From contig JAJDWA010000023.1 of the NCBI GenBank assembly GCA_022825825.1, positions 104,424 to 168,423 of the forward strand: a DNA stretch of 64,000 nucleotides, given 5' to 3'. The notes beneath the pieces were generated by a model. It was not told the DNA's origin. It saw only the letters and a program-made list of their open reading frames with translations, and searched no databases. The stretch comes from Candidatus Poribacteria bacterium (GTDB lineage: Bacteria > Poribacteria > WGA-4E > WGA-3G). This document shows positions 20,785 through 30,466 of this stretch, one piece after another. Positions within the stretch are counted from its first letter, which is position 1. Each line of letters starts with the position of its first letter. A program made the position numbers and the translations under genes.

Positions 20785-21819
20785 ATGTATAACGCCGAAA
20801 AACATTTTGGAAACTTATACGCCACTGTGCCTCGGAAATATGAATTTCATGAAACGACACGAGAAGGATTAGTAGCATGGCAGTCCAATTTTCGTCCGGA
20901 ATTGCGGGAAACACTCGGTTTAGATAACATGGAATCTGACCTTGCTGGCTATCTCCCGAAAGCGGAACAGCTGGAGGTTTTAGACATGGACAACCATTTT
21001 CGGGAAAGTTGGTATCTGTGGGTAGAACCGACAGTCCCGCTGCCATTCTATCTGCTGCGTCCAAAAACAATTGAAGGGGAAGTTCCACTTATCCTTGCCC
21101 CACACGGACATAACCATCCGCATATCTACGCTGGGATTGCCCACTCTGAAAAAGAGGAGCAGGAAATGGTAGAAGGTGAACGCGATATTGCTCGGCAGGC
21201 AGCAGCAGAAGAGGGATATATCGCTATTGCACCGACAACACGAGCGTTCGGTGAAACACGCACCGAAGCGGATAAGCAAAACAATAGTACACACTCCTGC
21301 CGACATCAGTTAGTCCATAGCATACTTGTAGGCAGAACCCCGATTGGTGAGCGGGTATGGGATATGTCGCGCCTCATTGATTGGGCAATAGAAAATTTAC
21401 CCATAGATGCTGATCGGATAGCAATTACTGGCAATTCTGGTGGCGGGACGGTATCTCTTTTCGCGGCCGCGTGTGAAACACGTATTGCTGTGGCAGTACC
21501 AAGTTGCTACTATTGCACGTTTGAAGGGAGCATCGGCACTATCCGGCATTGCGACTGCAACTATGTGCCAGGTGTGATGCGGTTAGGTGAGATGTACGAT
21601 GTTGCAGGTTTAATTGCACCACGTCCGTTTTGTGCGATTGCTGGACGAGACGACCGCATTTTTCCGATTGATCACGTCAAGTTTGCTTATGAACGTTTGA
21701 AGGAAATCTACACGGTTGCGGGGGTTGCGGATAGGTGTGAATTATTCATCGGTGATGGCGGACATCGCTATTACAAAGCGGGAGCATGGCCCTTTGTGCG
21801 GCGGTATTTTGTAGTATAA
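20785..21819 (+). CDS. Alpha/beta hydrolase (dienelactone hydrolase/acetyl xylan esterase-like)
   Basis: GNSGGG nucleophile elbow, PHGH, HCDCNYVPG, GGHRYY. Confidence 0.85.
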   Translation: MYNAEKHFGNLYATVPRKYEFHETTREGLVAWQSNFRPELRETLGLDNMESDLAGYLPKAEQLEVLDMDNHFRESWYLWVEPTVPLPFYLLRPKTIEGEVPLILAPHGHNHPHIYAGIAHSEKEEQEMVEGERDIARQAAAEEGYIAIAPTTRAFGETRTEADKQNNSTHSCRHQLVHSILVGRTPIGERVWDMSRLIDWAIENLPIDADRIAITGNSGGGTVSLFAAACETRIAVAVPSCYYCTFEGSIGTIRHCDCNYVPGVMRLGEMYDVAGLIAPRPFCAIAGRDDRIFPIDHVKFAYERLKEIYTVAGVADRCELFIGDGGHRYYKAGAWPFVRRYFVV

Positions 21820-21820
21820 A

Positions 21821-23218
21821 CTACCGAGAACCTTTTTTAATTGCCCATAGCGTTTTCAGGATAATTTTTATATCTAACGCGAGGGACCAATTTTCAATAT
21901 AGTAGCGGTCATAGTTAACCCGATCTTCAAGGGATGTGTTGCCCCGCAGACCGTTGACTTGTGCCCAACCCGTCATACCAGATTTGACGCGCTGTCGTGC
22001 AAGATAGTGTGGAACTGATTCTTGGAATGTTCTAATTAAACCAGACATCTCTGGACGCGGACCTACGAGGCTCATATCACCTTTGAGTACATTGAAAAAT
22101 TGGGGCAATTCGTCCAGACTCCAACGTCTGAGGAATTTTCCGAGTGCGGTTTGCCGCGGGTCATCGTTTTCTGCCCACACATGTCCAACTTTTTCTTCAG
22201 CATCTACACGCATAGACCGAAATTTATAGATTTTGAATCGCTTTCCTGCTCTGCCGACGCGTTCTTGTCGGAAGATCGCTTTACCGGGTGATGTTAGTCT
22301 AATGATCGCTGCAATTATCAACATAAGTGGACTTAACACTACCAACGCCAAAAAACTAAAAATGATGTCTATGAGCCGTTTTATGATGCCACTTACCCCC
22401 TGCATCGGTGTCTCGCGTAGTTGAAGTAGCGGTATACCATCAAAAAACGTAACGGCTGTGCCACCACTAATAAATTCGGAGAGCTCTGGCAGCACATTGA
22501 TTTGAACTGGCACACCTTCGCAAGCGTGCAAAATCTGCAAGATTACATCATTTGACACTGTTGGAGATGTGAGGAAGAGCATGTCAAGGCGATGCATTTG
22601 CACAAGTTCAAGAATGTCTTGACTATTGCCGAGATGCGGCACACGGTTTATCTCACCGTTTGCATCAATAATCCCTATTAATTCGTATCCACTATTCGGT
22701 TTAGCATTCAAAGCATTGATAATTTTTTCGCCGCGTTCATCATAGCCTACGAGTGCTACACGACTCACACCAACTCCCTGTGCCTGAACTGCCTGACGAA
22801 AACGGGACAGGACAAGTCGTCCGAGGAACAACCAAACAAGGCTAAACCCGGTGGCAAGGAGCATTACCCACCGTGAGTATGCATCGTGATGATAGATGAA
22901 AAAGAGCGCAGCTAACGTAGCGATGAGCGCGATGACTGAGGCTTTACAAAGTGCCCAAAACGCTGAACGTGTTGCGTTGTTTTCTGGGCGATAGAGTTTG
23001 AAACCTTTTAACGTCAATAACCAAATAATTGTCGTTACAGGAATGAGGCGCAAATAGTCATCAAAGGGAGGTGTGCCGCCTTTGTGTAATGCTAAAGCGT
23101 CGAGCCAACCTGATTCAAATCGCAGCCAATATGCAATGACGATTGCGGTGGCAATGAAACAGAGATCGCATAAAACTGTGAGTGTTATTAGTAGATGGTC
23201 AAGTGTTTTTTTGCTCAT
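21821..23218 (-). CDS. Undecaprenyl-phosphate glucose phosphotransferase (WcaJ-like)
   Basis: N-terminal TMs; KFRSM, SLDELPQFFNVLKGDMSLVGPRPE. Confidence 0.9.
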   Translation of the reverse strand: MSKKTLDHLLITLTVLCDLCFIATAIVIAYWLRFESGWLDALALHKGGTPPFDDYLRLIPVTTIIWLLTLKGFKLYRPENNATRSAFWALCKASVIALIATLAALFFIYHHDAYSRWVMLLATGFSLVWLFLGRLVLSRFRQAVQAQGVGVSRVALVGYDERGEKIINALNAKPNSGYELIGIIDANGEINRVPHLGNSQDILELVQMHRLDMLFLTSPTVSNDVILQILHACEGVPVQINVLPELSEFISGGTAVTFFDGIPLLQLRETPMQGVSGIIKRLIDIIFSFLALVVLSPLMLIIAAIIRLTSPGKAIFRQERVGRAGKRFKIYKFRSMRVDAEEKVGHVWAENDDPRQTALGKFLRRWSLDELPQFFNVLKGDMSLVGPRPEMSGLIRTFQESVPHYLARQRVKSGMTGWAQVNGLRGNTSLEDRVNYDRYYIENWSLALDIKIILKTLWAIKKGSR

Positions 23219-23411
23219 GAGTGGTATTTGAAGGTACCCGCTATTTGATGTACCAACCTAATTTTATATGTCGTAGAATGTTTACTATTATACCGTGCTT
23301 GATTTTAGAAATCAACTGAAGTCTTTGATAGAATTTGAATGGCAAGAACATTACTGATAAATTAATCACGATGTGTTATGCTATTTCTATATTTAATAAG
23401 GAGGGACACAC

Positions 23412-24500
23412 ATGGCGAATAAACTAAAGGTGGGAATTGTTGGCGCACATCGGGGAAGTTCCTATTTTCAACCATTTAGCACAATTGCGGAAACTGAAGT
23501 CACTGCAGTATGTGACATCAATGAGGGGACACTTCAAAACGTTGGTGAAAGGTTTAATGTTCCACAGCAGTTTACAGATTACACAGAGATGTTAAATGCG
23601 GTTGACCTTGTCGTGCTTGCGACACCGGAGAATCTGCACGTCCCGCAGTCTATAGAAGCATTGGAAGCAGGAAAACACGTCATCAGTGAAGTAACCGCTG
23701 CTGTCAAGTTAGAGGAGTGTTATGATCTTGTTCGGGCAGTTCGGAAGTCGTCTGCTAAGTACACAATGGCTGAAAATACGTGCTATTCCAAGCACAATGT
23801 GTTAATCCGCAATATGGTAGAGACAGGCATGTTTGGCGATGTATATTTCGGAGAGGGAGAGTATGTCCATAACGTAAAATCGCTTCATCACGATGAAAGT
23901 GGTAACCCAACATGGCGTTACTATTGGCAAGTAGGCATCAATCGATGTAACTATGCGACACATAGTCTCGGGCCTGTGCTGCACTGGTTCAGTGAACGCG
24001 TGGTAAGTGTTTGTTGTCTCGGCACTGGCGTTCGGACTGATCCAGAGCATGCGATGGAAGATACAGTGATGATGCTTTGCAAAACGGAAAATGGTGGGTT
24101 AATCAAAATTCGGATTGACATGCTTTCTAATCGTCCTGCGAATTCCTATTTTAGTTTGCAAGGGACGAAAGGGTGTTACGAGAGTTCGCGCGGACTGGGT
24201 GCCGCACCGAAGCTCTGGTTAAGTGAGTTTGGCATAAGCGAGCAGTGGAGACCGCTTTCCCAATTTGAAGACTTGCTGCCTGAACGGTGGAAAAACCCGC
24301 CTGCTGAAGCTCAGAATATAGGTGACCTTGGCGAGTATTTTAAGGTACGCGATTTTGTTGATAGTATCCTCAACGATACTACGCCACCGATAGATGTCTA
24401 TGCAGCGATGGACTTTACGGTGCCGGGGTTGGTTTCGGAGAAATCTATTGCGAACGGAGGGACACCTGTGGAAGTGCCAAATTTTCGGGAGATTGAATAA
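23412..24500 (+). CDS. Gfo/Idh/MocA family oxidoreductase
   Basis: VGIVGA, AGKHVISEV, EGEYVH, YATHSLGP. Confidence 0.88.
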   Translation: MANKLKVGIVGAHRGSSYFQPFSTIAETEVTAVCDINEGTLQNVGERFNVPQQFTDYTEMLNAVDLVVLATPENLHVPQSIEALEAGKHVISEVTAAVKLEECYDLVRAVRKSSAKYTMAENTCYSKHNVLIRNMVETGMFGDVYFGEGEYVHNVKSLHHDESGNPTWRYYWQVGINRCNYATHSLGPVLHWFSERVVSVCCLGTGVRTDPEHAMEDTVMMLCKTENGGLIKIRIDMLSNRPANSYFSLQGTKGCYESSRGLGAAPKLWLSEFGISEQWRPLSQFEDLLPERWKNPPAEAQNIGDLGEYFKVRDFVDSILNDTTPPIDVYAAMDFTVPGLVSEKSIANGGTPVEVPNFREIE

Positions 24501-24517
24501 TCTGATTGAGTTACAGC

Positions 24518-24709
24518 TTAATCGGAAACGACCTTTGACTCTTCCTCTACAGGTTTGAAGACGAGTCCGCAGCTGCTACATCGGTATCCACTTTCCGGTT
24601 TTGACACCAAAGCAGGGAAAAGCATTCCACAGCAGGTTGGACAAGGTTCGTCAATTTCCATTTCAGCTTGCTCCATTTCGCCAGAGCGGTTTTCAAATTC
24701 AACGATCAC
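24518..24709 (-). CDS. Small zinc-ribbon protein
   Basis: AGGAGG RBS before GTG at 24709; CPTC...CSSC. Confidence 0.65.
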   Translation of the reverse strand: MIVEFENRSGEMEQAEMEIDEPCPTCCGMLFPALVSKPESGYRCSSCGLVFKPVEEESKVVSD

Positions 24710-24722
24710 GGGTGTCCTCCTA

Positions 24723-25295
24723 TTAATCAGTAACTGTAACGCGCATATAGATGTCACGCAAGGATATCTTGCAGCCGATTGAGGTGAGCGTCAGCACATC
24801 TTCAGGTGCCCGAAATTCGGTGTGTTCCCACTGTCTATCTTGCCGGCAATAATGCTCAACACAGAACTTATGTTGTGAAACAAGGATGTAGTCTTGCAAC
24901 GACGTCAGTTGCTTATAGTGCGAAAATTTCTCCTCTCGGTCATAGGCTGCAGTGGAAGGTGAAAGCACCTCTACGATAACAATCGGATTCAGAAGTGTGT
25001 CGAAAACATCATCCTCAAAGCGAGGTTCATTGCAGGCAACAACGACATCTGGATAGAAGTAGGCTATTGGACTCGGCTGCACACGCATATCACTGGAATG
25101 GACTTCACAATCTGATGCTATTAATTGGTTGTAAAGTCTATTGAATATATTTCCTGTGATAAGACTATGTGCCCGACTTGCCCCAGACATTGCAAATATC
25201 TGCCCGTTGAGGTATTCACTTTTGTGCAGTGCTTTTCGTTCTTGGGTAATGTACTCCTCAGGGGTGAAGAGGGTTTGTGCAGGAAGAGATGCCAT
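24723..25295 (-). CDS. Uma2/DUF820 family endonuclease-like protein
   Basis: KSEYLNG, YFYPDVVV, IVEVLSPST, DYILVSQ. Confidence 0.92.
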   Translation of the reverse strand: MASLPAQTLFTPEEYITQERKALHKSEYLNGQIFAMSGASRAHSLITGNIFNRLYNQLIASDCEVHSSDMRVQPSPIAYFYPDVVVACNEPRFEDDVFDTLLNPIVIVEVLSPSTAAYDREEKFSHYKQLTSLQDYILVSQHKFCVEHYCRQDRQWEHTEFRAPEDVLTLTSIGCKISLRDIYMRVTVTD

Positions 25296-25404
25296 GCGTA
25301 TTTCCTTAATAGCAGTGATGTTAACAATATGATACTATATTCTAAGGCAAAAATCAATCTTTTTTATGCCGTTTTAAAACTGAGGAATTTCACTGGGAAA
25401 GACG

Positions 25405-25743
25405 TTAACCATAGCGGTTCAGGGTCGGATCAATTTCGACTGCCCACTGGTCAATACCACCAGCAAGGTTTTTGGCATCGGTAAACCCATTTTGATGTAG
25501 ATAGGCGGTTGCGTAGAGACTCCGCTGTCCATGATGGCAGTAAACAACAATTTCTTGGTCTGATGGAAGACTGTCTATATGATGCGGCAACGTGTTGAGC
25601 GGGACTAACCGCGCACCTTCAATATGCACGATGTCATATTCGCTCTGTTCACGCACATCTAATAAAAACAGAGACTCGTTTTCGTCTAATTTCTGTTTCA
25701 GTTCTTGTGGTGAAATTTCTGGGAGTGAGGGTTTCGGGTGCAT
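25405..25743 (-). CDS. Single-domain rhodanese (similar to the MoeZ C-terminal domain)
   Basis: LLDVRE, VVYCHHGQRS, NLAGGIDQW; start overlaps the upstream stop (TAATG). Confidence 0.92.
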   Translation of the reverse strand: MHPKPSLPEISPQELKQKLDENESLFLLDVREQSEYDIVHIEGARLVPLNTLPHHIDSLPSDQEIVVYCHHGQRSLYATAYLHQNGFTDAKNLAGGIDQWAVEIDPTLNRYG

Positions 25744-26129
25744 TATTCAGTTTCTTCCTCGTTTTGCATAGGTGGCAACGGCATACATTCCGGACACGGA
25801 CATATCTCGCGTAAGACTTCAAACGGATAGATACCGGTATTGTGTCCATCGTTCCAGCTGAATTGGAGTGCATAACGACCAACCAATTGAATGTCAAGCG
25901 GTTGAATATCGTTTGAAACCTCTATTAGTGTTATATCACCGTCGCCTTGTGGTGAAAAGAGGGAATGGATATCTTTACCTTCATGTCTTATGATAGCACA
26001 TTCAGCACACGGACACATCTGCCTGAGATAGCGGTATGGATACCAGCTTTCATGTCCATCCTTCCATTCAATTTGGAAGGCGTTTTCATGTTTCTTGAGG
26101 GTTTTTGGACTTTTGCTAACTGTATTCAT
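25743..26129 (-). CDS. DUF971 / GBBH-like N-terminal domain protein
   Basis: IEWKDGH, LRQMCPCAEC, VGRYAL..W.DGHNTGIY. Confidence 0.88.
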   Translation of the reverse strand: MNTVSKSPKTLKKHENAFQIEWKDGHESWYPYRYLRQMCPCAECAIIRHEGKDIHSLFSPQGDGDITLIEVSNDIQPLDIQLVGRYALQFSWNDGHNTGIYPFEVLREICPCPECMPLPPMQNEEETE

Positions 26130-26138
26130 TGTGAAGAC

Positions 26139-26495
26139 CTACAGCATTTTCAAAAGAACTCCGATTCTTTCCAAAACGGTATCTACTGTCTCTGTCGGCA
26201 AGGAACAAATATATTCTGTTCTTCTCGCTCGCCAATCCATAGTCCGAATTTGATCTGCAAGAATAACTCCATCTACTGCTAATCCTTGTGGAATTTCGAT
26301 CGCAAACGGATTTCTCTGTTCTCTCGTGCTGCTCCGAGTGATCGGACAAAGAACGACTAAACTGGTTTTATCATTAAAATCTTTGGTGGTGAGTACAATA
26401 GCAGGGCGACGACCAGCTTGTTCACGGCCAACTTGAGGATTAAAGTCAATCCAGACCGCATCTCCGCGCAATGGGACGTTTGTAAATCCTACCAT
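26139..26495 (-). CDS. mazF: MazF/PemK family endoribonuclease toxin
   Basis: RGDAVWIDFNPQVGREQAGRRPAIVL, CPIT, DQIRTMDWRAR. Confidence 0.92.
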   Translation of the reverse strand: MVGFTNVPLRGDAVWIDFNPQVGREQAGRRPAIVLTTKDFNDKTSLVVLCPITRSSTREQRNPFAIEIPQGLAVDGVILADQIRTMDWRARRTEYICSLPTETVDTVLERIGVLLKML

Positions 26496-26875
26496 ACTTC
26501 ATTGCCCACCGGCGGGCCGCTATCTACCTCATCGTGTGAATTATTCTCTGTTACTTGGTCTAATAAGTCTTTCAACGTATAATCAGGAGTTTTCAAGGGA
26601 TAACTTCCTTTTTCTGTTCGCGGGGGACCAAATGGTGCGTCTTTTGCCTTCTTGCTGTTTGAGTTATCCGCTGGTATTTGTGCTAACAAGTCTTCTAACG
26701 TATAGTCAGGGCGTTTTATAGAATCGCTCCCTTTTTCACGACGAGGTGGCCCAAACCCTTTTACTTCCTTCTCTACTGGAGACCGATCTGCCTGTTCTTG
26801 ATTAACGGACTGTAGATAACAGAGATATGCAATCACGATCAAGCACTCAGTGAAAGTAAACGTTTTTTCTGACAT
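26489..26875 (-). CDS. Atypical MazE-like antitoxin with duplicated C-terminal motif
   Basis: YTLEDLL and YTLKDLL..HDEVDSGPPVGNEVW tail typical of MazE; stop overlaps mazF start. Confidence 0.7.
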   Translation of the reverse strand: MSEKTFTFTECLIVIAYLCYLQSVNQEQADRSPVEKEVKGFGPPRREKGSDSIKRPDYTLEDLLAQIPADNSNSKKAKDAPFGPPRTEKGSYPLKTPDYTLKDLLDQVTENNSHDEVDSGPPVGNEVW

Positions 26876-26933
26876 GCTCTTCTCCTTATACGTGTATGCT
26901 TGTAAACGACAGTACCTATTAGTAAGGAAAGTG

Positions 26934-27142
26934 CTACACGACTATCTCAATCGGGACGTTTTCTGGCAATGAACGTCCTAACTCTTGATAGAGTTCCATG
27001 ACTGCACTAAAAGCGTCTTTGACGTTTTCTAAAGACTCGTCTAACGAATCACCCTCAGTAACCAACTCAGGCAACAACGGAGAGGTCACTGTATACCCGC
27101 CTTCAGGTTGCGGTGCAGAACAAGGGGGATTTTGTATTCCAT
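26934..27142 (-). pseudogene. HicB-family antitoxin pseudogene (1-nt frameshift)
   Basis: MEYKIPLV then, in a shifted frame, APQPEGGYTVTSPLLPELVTEGDSLDESLENVKDA; no hicA nearby. Confidence 0.75.
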
Positions 27143-27160
27143 CAGAACCTCATAAACTTG

Positions 27161-27460
27161 TTAAAAGATGCCGAGTTCGTCCTTCGCTTCTTCGCTCATC
27201 ATTTCGGGTGTCCAACGCGGTGTCCAAACAACACTGACATTGACCTCTTCAACACCATCCATCTGCTGCGTAACATGCTGCGTGCCGTTAATAATTTGTC
27301 CACCAGCGGGACATCCAGGACTTGTTAGGGTCATGGTAATATCAACAGTTGTGTCGTCAATGTCAACACCGTAGATAAGTCCCATGTCAACGATGTTAAT
27401 TCCAATTTCGGGGTCAATTATTTCTTTGATAGATTCTAAGACAGATTCTTCTGTTACCAT
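27161..27460 (-). CDS. DUF59/SufT-like (PaaD) Fe-S assembly protein
   Basis: DPEIGINIVDMGLIY, MTLTSPGCP, VWTPRWTPEMMS. Confidence 0.92.
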   Translation of the reverse strand: MVTEESVLESIKEIIDPEIGINIVDMGLIYGVDIDDTTVDITMTLTSPGCPAGGQIINGTQHVTQQMDGVEEVNVSVVWTPRWTPEMMSEEAKDELGIF

Positions 27461-27510
27461 TTCTTTTCCTCCTATAGTGACTATGGTAATCTACTCTGAT
27501 GAGGTAGTGG

Positions 27511-27822
27511 TTAATCGATGCTAACTAATATTTCGTCGTCCTCAATTTTGACGGGGAAACATTCAATGTCTTCAACAGCGGGCATGCAAAGTGCTTTTCC
27601 TGTTTTAACACAAAACCGTGCGCCGTGCCGCGGGCATTCTATCTCATCATCCTCCAAAAAGCCTTCACCTAAAGGACCGCCATCATGTGTGCAGACATCC
27701 TCCATCGCGTAAAACTCGCCTCCTACGTTAAAGAGTAGCACAGGGACGAAATCTACTTCAACTAATTTTTTTGTGCCGATAGGCACTTCACTAACTTTTG
27801 CAACTTTGTAAAATTCTGGCAT
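27511..27822 (-). CDS. Rieske-type [2Fe-2S] ferredoxin (possible alternative start at 27927)
   Basis: CTHDGGPL, ECPRHGARF. Confidence 0.9.
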   Translation of the reverse strand: MPEFYKVAKVSEVPIGTKKLVEVDFVPVLLFNVGGEFYAMEDVCTHDGGPLGEGFLEDDEIECPRHGARFCVKTGKALCMPAVEDIECFPVKIEDDEILVSID

Positions 27823-27919
27823 TATTTCTTTCCAAATTTCCTCATGTGTATGAAATGTTAATTGGTCTGCTTTTTTGCGTTTAAGAATATCTACCATATC
27901 TTCATAAAGTGGAGATTCC

Positions 27920-28309
27920 TTATCCATCTTCTTCACCAGGCCAGCCTTTGATACCGTAGGCACCCGTTTTGAGAACTTTGAGCGCCAATAAGGCACATTT
28001 TACACGGACAGGTCCCAACGGAATGCCGATCATATCCATAATGTCGTCTCTGGAGAGTTTTTTGACTTCTTCCAGTGATTTTCCTTCAATCTTTTCGGTT
28101 AACATAGAGGCGGCAGCTAAACTAATGGTACAACCGTGTCCACAAAAACGCACCTCTTTGATAATGTTATCCTCAACAATCAGGTCAATCCGAATTTTGT
28201 CTCCACAGAGTGGGTTATCCTCTTCGTGTGAGACATCGGGGTTTGAGAGTACCCCGTAGTTGCTCGGGTTTTCGTAGTGATCTAACAGTTCTTCCTGATA
28301 TATGTTCAT
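27920..28309 (-). CDS. sufU: SufU/NifU-type sulfur transfer/scaffold protein
   Basis: LDHYENP, NPLCGD, GCTIS, RVKCALL. Confidence 0.92.
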   Translation of the reverse strand: MNIYQEELLDHYENPSNYGVLSNPDVSHEEDNPLCGDKIRIDLIVEDNIIKEVRFCGHGCTISLAAASMLTEKIEGKSLEEVKKLSRDDIMDMIGIPLGPVRVKCALLALKVLKTGAYGIKGWPGEEDG

Positions 28310-29565
28310 TTATTTCTCCGGGTCATGAGGGTCTGTGTTTTTTGTAATCCTTCGTATAGACGATCTATATCATCATACGTGTTGTATAGGTAAAAACTTG
28401 CGCGGACAGTAGCGATAACATCTAATTTTTTCATCAGCGGTTGTGCACAGTGATGTCCTGCACGGATAGCAACGTTATGTGTATCCAAAATGCCTGCCAC
28501 ATCATGCGGATGGACGCCCTCTATATTAAAGGAGATAACCCCCGCTTTTTGATGCGGTGCCGGTCCATATATGGTGATGCCTTCAATTTCTTGTAAGCGT
28601 TCATGGGCATATTTCAAAAGTTCCTGTTCATGCACATGAATTGATGCTAACCCCGCTTGCGTAATATAGTCTACAGCAGCGCCGAGTCCGATCGCTTCAG
28701 CGATGCTTGGCGTACCTGCTTCAAACTTCGCGGGAACGTCTGCGTAGGTTGATACATCGCGTTCAACAGAGCGAATCATTGACCCGCCGCCGAGAAACGG
28801 TGGCATCTCCTCAAGCAGTTCCAATTTGCCGTATAGCACACCGACACCTGTTGGACCGCACATTTTATGCCCAGAAAATGCAAGAAAATCGCAACCCAGC
28901 TGCTGCACGTCTACATGAAAATGCGGTACAGATTGCGCTGCGTCTACTATAACTTTAGCACCTGCAGTGTGTGCAGCATCAATAACAGACTGAATCGGGT
29001 TAATTGTGCCGATAACGTTAGAGACATGCGTTATCGCCACTAACTTTGTTTTTTCGGACAGCACGTCACGCAGTTGTGTGAAATCAAGCAAACCTTCATC
29101 AGTTATCTCAAGAAATCGGAGCGTTGCCCCTGTGCGTTGTGCAAGCAGTTGCCACGGCACAAGGTTGCTATGATGTTCAAGATCAGTGAGAATGATCTCA
29201 TCACCTTGTTGGATATTCATGCTTCCCCAACTGTATGCTACAAGGTTTATAGACTCTGTGGTATTTCGTGTAAAGACAATTTGACTTGTACGCGGTGCAT
29301 TAATGAGTTGTGCGACTTTCTGCCGTGCGATTTCGTACTGTTTTGTCGCCTCTTCTGAAATCCGATAGATACCGCGATGGATATTGGAGCGGTAGGTATC
29401 ATAATACGCGTCCATCGCTTCAACGACAGGGCGCGGGGTCTGTGTTGACGCAGCACTATCAAGAAATGCTAACGGCGGTGTGTCCGCAAAGATTGGAAAA
29501 TCTTCTCGGATTGCCTTAACATCAAGTGGTCTAAAGTCGGATGTGTGTATTGTTTTTTGTGTCAT
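28306..29565 (-). CDS. sufS: Cysteine desulfurase SufS
   Basis: LDSAAS, EHHSNLVPW, FSGHKMCGPTG, RAGHHCA; start at MTQKT with RBS. Confidence 0.95.
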   Translation of the reverse strand: MTQKTIHTSDFRPLDVKAIREDFPIFADTPPLAFLDSAASTQTPRPVVEAMDAYYDTYRSNIHRGIYRISEEATKQYEIARQKVAQLINAPRTSQIVFTRNTTESINLVAYSWGSMNIQQGDEIILTDLEHHSNLVPWQLLAQRTGATLRFLEITDEGLLDFTQLRDVLSEKTKLVAITHVSNVIGTINPIQSVIDAAHTAGAKVIVDAAQSVPHFHVDVQQLGCDFLAFSGHKMCGPTGVGVLYGKLELLEEMPPFLGGGSMIRSVERDVSTYADVPAKFEAGTPSIAEAIGLGAAVDYITQAGLASIHVHEQELLKYAHERLQEIEGITIYGPAPHQKAGVISFNIEGVHPHDVAGILDTHNVAIRAGHHCAQPLMKKLDVIATVRASFYLYNTYDDIDRLYEGLQKTQTLMTRRNK

Positions 29566-29581
29566 ATCAGCTCCAACTGAT

Positions 29582-30466
29582 TTAATTGTCGTTTTGACGG
29601 TTTGCAAGTTGCGCACGGAGTCGTTCTATCTCTGTTTTTAATTCATGTCGTCGTATCGCTTCTGCTACAGCTACTGCTTCTGCTACCTGTTGTCGTTTTG
29701 CTTCTTTTTGCCATTGTGTTTCTGCTACTGTAAACATGCATGCTGCTCTTTTAAGATAGTGATTTTCCATAGAAGTTGTAATCGGGGTGCCATCAGGTAG
29801 ATATGGACGTAAAAGCCTAACGTGCGTATTATATTGGTTTTCCCATCGGAACCAGAGATTTAACGCTTCACTGAACAAACCACCTTGTGCGTGTTGTGTA
29901 ATTTCTGCAATGTCTCCGGTTGTACTCCGCCGCCATCCACGAAATACAGGCGATTTCTCCATTTCAGGTTGATGGACAAAATATTCTTGAACACCCACTT
30001 CATTCAAGTATAACGTAACCATTTCAGGCTGATCTTGATGTTCTGTTGCATCGGTGAGAAATTGAAAAACAGCGACAGGCACCGCACCCTCTGCCCAAGT
30101 ATAAAAACTGCGGCGTAGCGGATATTTATCAACACCAAACACGATGTGGATATCGGGGGCGACACGTTTTGTGATGTCCCCTTCGCAATAATAGATAAAA
30201 CTATCAACACCAACGCGAACCAGAGCATTGATTTCGAAGTATCGTTTGAGCTGGTCGTATAACGTGGTTATCTGCACACCGTGAAATCCTGTCGCAGCCA
30301 TAGGTTCGTCGTCTTCACCCGGATACCCTTCAATATAGACAGTCGTTTTGCCACTCGCTTTTGGAAAGACGGGCATATACTTTCTCTGTTTGATTTCAAA
30401 GTCTTTTATGGTATCCATGATTTTCTCCGTATTGATGGGACCAACTATACTCTCACACTTTATCAA
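29582..30466 (-). CDS. Uma2 family protein with coiled-coil tail (start uncertain)
   Basis: YP.EDDEPMA, VAPDIHIVFGV, GVQEYF. Confidence 0.75.
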   Translation of the reverse strand: MIKCESIVGPINTEKIMDTIKDFEIKQRKYMPVFPKASGKTTVYIEGYPGEDDEPMAATGFHGVQITTLYDQLKRYFEINALVRVGVDSFIYYCEGDITKRVAPDIHIVFGVDKYPLRRSFYTWAEGAVPVAVFQFLTDATEHQDQPEMVTLYLNEVGVQEYFVHQPEMEKSPVFRGWRRSTTGDIAEITQHAQGGLFSEALNLWFRWENQYNTHVRLLRPYLPDGTPITTSMENHYLKRAACMFTVAETQWQKEAKRQQVAEAVAVAEAIRRHELKTEIERLRAQLANRQNDN

